Positions 62,430 through 64,000 of a stretch of DNA of 64,000 bases are shown piece after piece. The DNA is taken from assembly GCA_013265495.1 (NCBI GenBank), contig MU057560.1:570753-634752 (forward strand), read 5' to 3'. Positions within the stretch are counted from its first letter, which is position 1. The number at the start of each line of letters is the position of its first letter. The notes below the pieces were generated by a model that did no database searches, had not been told where the DNA came from, and saw only the letters and a list, made by a program, of their open reading frames with translations. Source of the stretch: Vicugna vicugna. Lineage: Eukaryota. The position numbers were made by a program, and so were the translations under genes.

Positions 62430-62604
62430 TCACACGAAGCGAAGAGAAAAGGGCTCAGCGGATCCTGCCCGAGAGCCTCGGCGCGAGCGCACCCACGAGG
62501 CCTTGGCGTTAGGCGTTTGGCCTCCAGAATTGTACGAGAATACATTTCTGTCATTTCAAGTCACCCAGTTTGTGGTTCTTTGGCCGACCCGGGAAACCAA
62601 TACA
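62430..62604 (+). mobile_element. MLT1B/C LTR 3' portion, CpG-enriched
   Basis: tggcctccagaattgtacgagaatacatttctgtcatttcaagtcacccagtttgtggttctttgg...ggaaaccaataca. Confidence 0.75.
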
Positions 62605-64000
62605 TGCACCCATCCAATTTCCTCTTCTTGGGCACATAGAAAGAGGGAGGCTGTGCCCCGGGGCCTCCTGCAGTGGGGCAGGGAATTTGTCTGGATTCCA
62701 GCCACAGGGTGTGTACCGCATCCATACACATCCATATATATCCATACCTGGCAATAAAATGTGCTACCCCGGCTTCCAAGTGTTCTCCATGAAGACAGCC
62801 GTGGCATTAGACTGGAGAGACCCACCACCCTTGAGACACTGGCCTGAACCACGGCCAGGAAAAGCCATCGGACTCGCATGGAGCCATGACACGAGCCGGC
62901 AGAAATTCCCGTTGAGTCATAACTAACATTTTGATTTCCAGGATTTTTGCTTTTCTTTTTCCCTAAACGTTATTTGGTTGCTGGAAGTCAACACACTGAA
63001 ATCCAGGGCTATTATCATAAAAAAGTAGAATAGGTACCACGTGTAAGTATTTGAGTAGCAGAAAGTTGATTTCAGGGACCGGAAAGATGGAGACAGGCTA
63101 TGTAGCGGGAAACGGCTTGCTTAACCTCACCTGCGGCTGGGATGGCAGGCCGGGCTCCACTCAGCCTGCCGCCTCCAGAGACGGCCGGACGGATCAGAGC
63201 GTGTCGGTGTGCCGCCTGTTACTGGCCGTGTTTATAAGGTATTACAAGAAAGAGGTGAGTGCAGGAGGGGTCAAGGTGGACAGAGACGTGATACATCAAA
63301 TACAGAAAACACTTCACAGAATCCACGAAGGTCCACTGTCAGATTCTTTCTACCATGCTGCATTTTAGAAAATTTTCACAGCAAAAGTAGTATTAAGAAG
63401 AGAAAGAGGAAATAAGGCAATTTGTGAAAGAAGTGAAAGGGATCGGAGAGCATCCAGAAATCCAAGGGCGTTTGGGTTGGAAAAGCTAGCAACTAGTCCT
63501 AAAACGTGAGGGATGGAATTTAAATGGCTTTGAGCAACAAAATCCCAGGAAAAATTTTAAGTTGACTGCAGTGACTTGGTGAAAACTCGAACTGAAAACA
63601 CATCTCAGTCCACTACTGCAGTTGCCTCAGAGCAGAAACATTCAGCTAGAAGAGGGACACAGGGTGAAGACAAAGAAGTGAAGCAGAAGGAGGGGGTCTG
63701 TATTTTGAGAAATAATAGGCATAGTTCTTGACAAATGAGCTGACTAGTAGCAAAGAAGTCAGAAAGAATCCAACTAAATTTTTGAGATAGTTGATTGCCA
63801 AAGAAACCGTAAGTCCATTTAAAAAATACTTTATTGTGCAAGACTTAAAAAAAATCCTCAGATCCTCAATCTGTCCTCAATCACAGGCAGGATTTGGAGA
63901 TAACAGACACCCCCAGACTGCACCCTCTGAGCGCCCATTCCCAGTATGACTCCAGAGAGGCACAGGGGAACCCCAGAAGATGGGATAGAAGGGAACTTTT

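Overview
Mammalian non-coding DNA, almost certainly from a camelid (alpaca/llama/camel): it carries two copies of the camelid-specific tRNA-derived SINE (vic-1 type) and camelid-type L1 3' ends, and I saw no ruminant, pig or primate SINEs. I could not recognise any protein-coding exon, structural RNA gene or CRISPR array. The ORF track is explained by chance ORFs in GC-rich sequence, microsatellites and L1 ORF2 remnants. The window is a mosaic of old repeats (L2, MIR, MLT1, L1M, MER5A, MER45A), younger L1/SINE insertions with target-site duplications (TSDs), CpG-rich patches and AT-rich enhancer-like islands. The most notable structures are: (1) a solo ERV LTR with a phased array of seven inverted CCAAT boxes plus kB, octamer-like and TATA elements (12.4-13.0 kb); (2) an MLT1C LTR nested antisense inside another MLT1C (16.6-17.4 kb); (3) a 273-bp tandem duplication that copies an exon-shaped unit (42.9-43.4 kb); (4) an orphan minus-strand TATA promoter-like module (48.4-48.9 kb); (5) an apparently twin-primed L1 insertion whose tail became a microsatellite (60.5-60.8 kb). 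I found no evidence for a new multi-gene system. Repeat subfamily names come from remembered consensus sequences, and boundaries are approximate unless TSDs are given.
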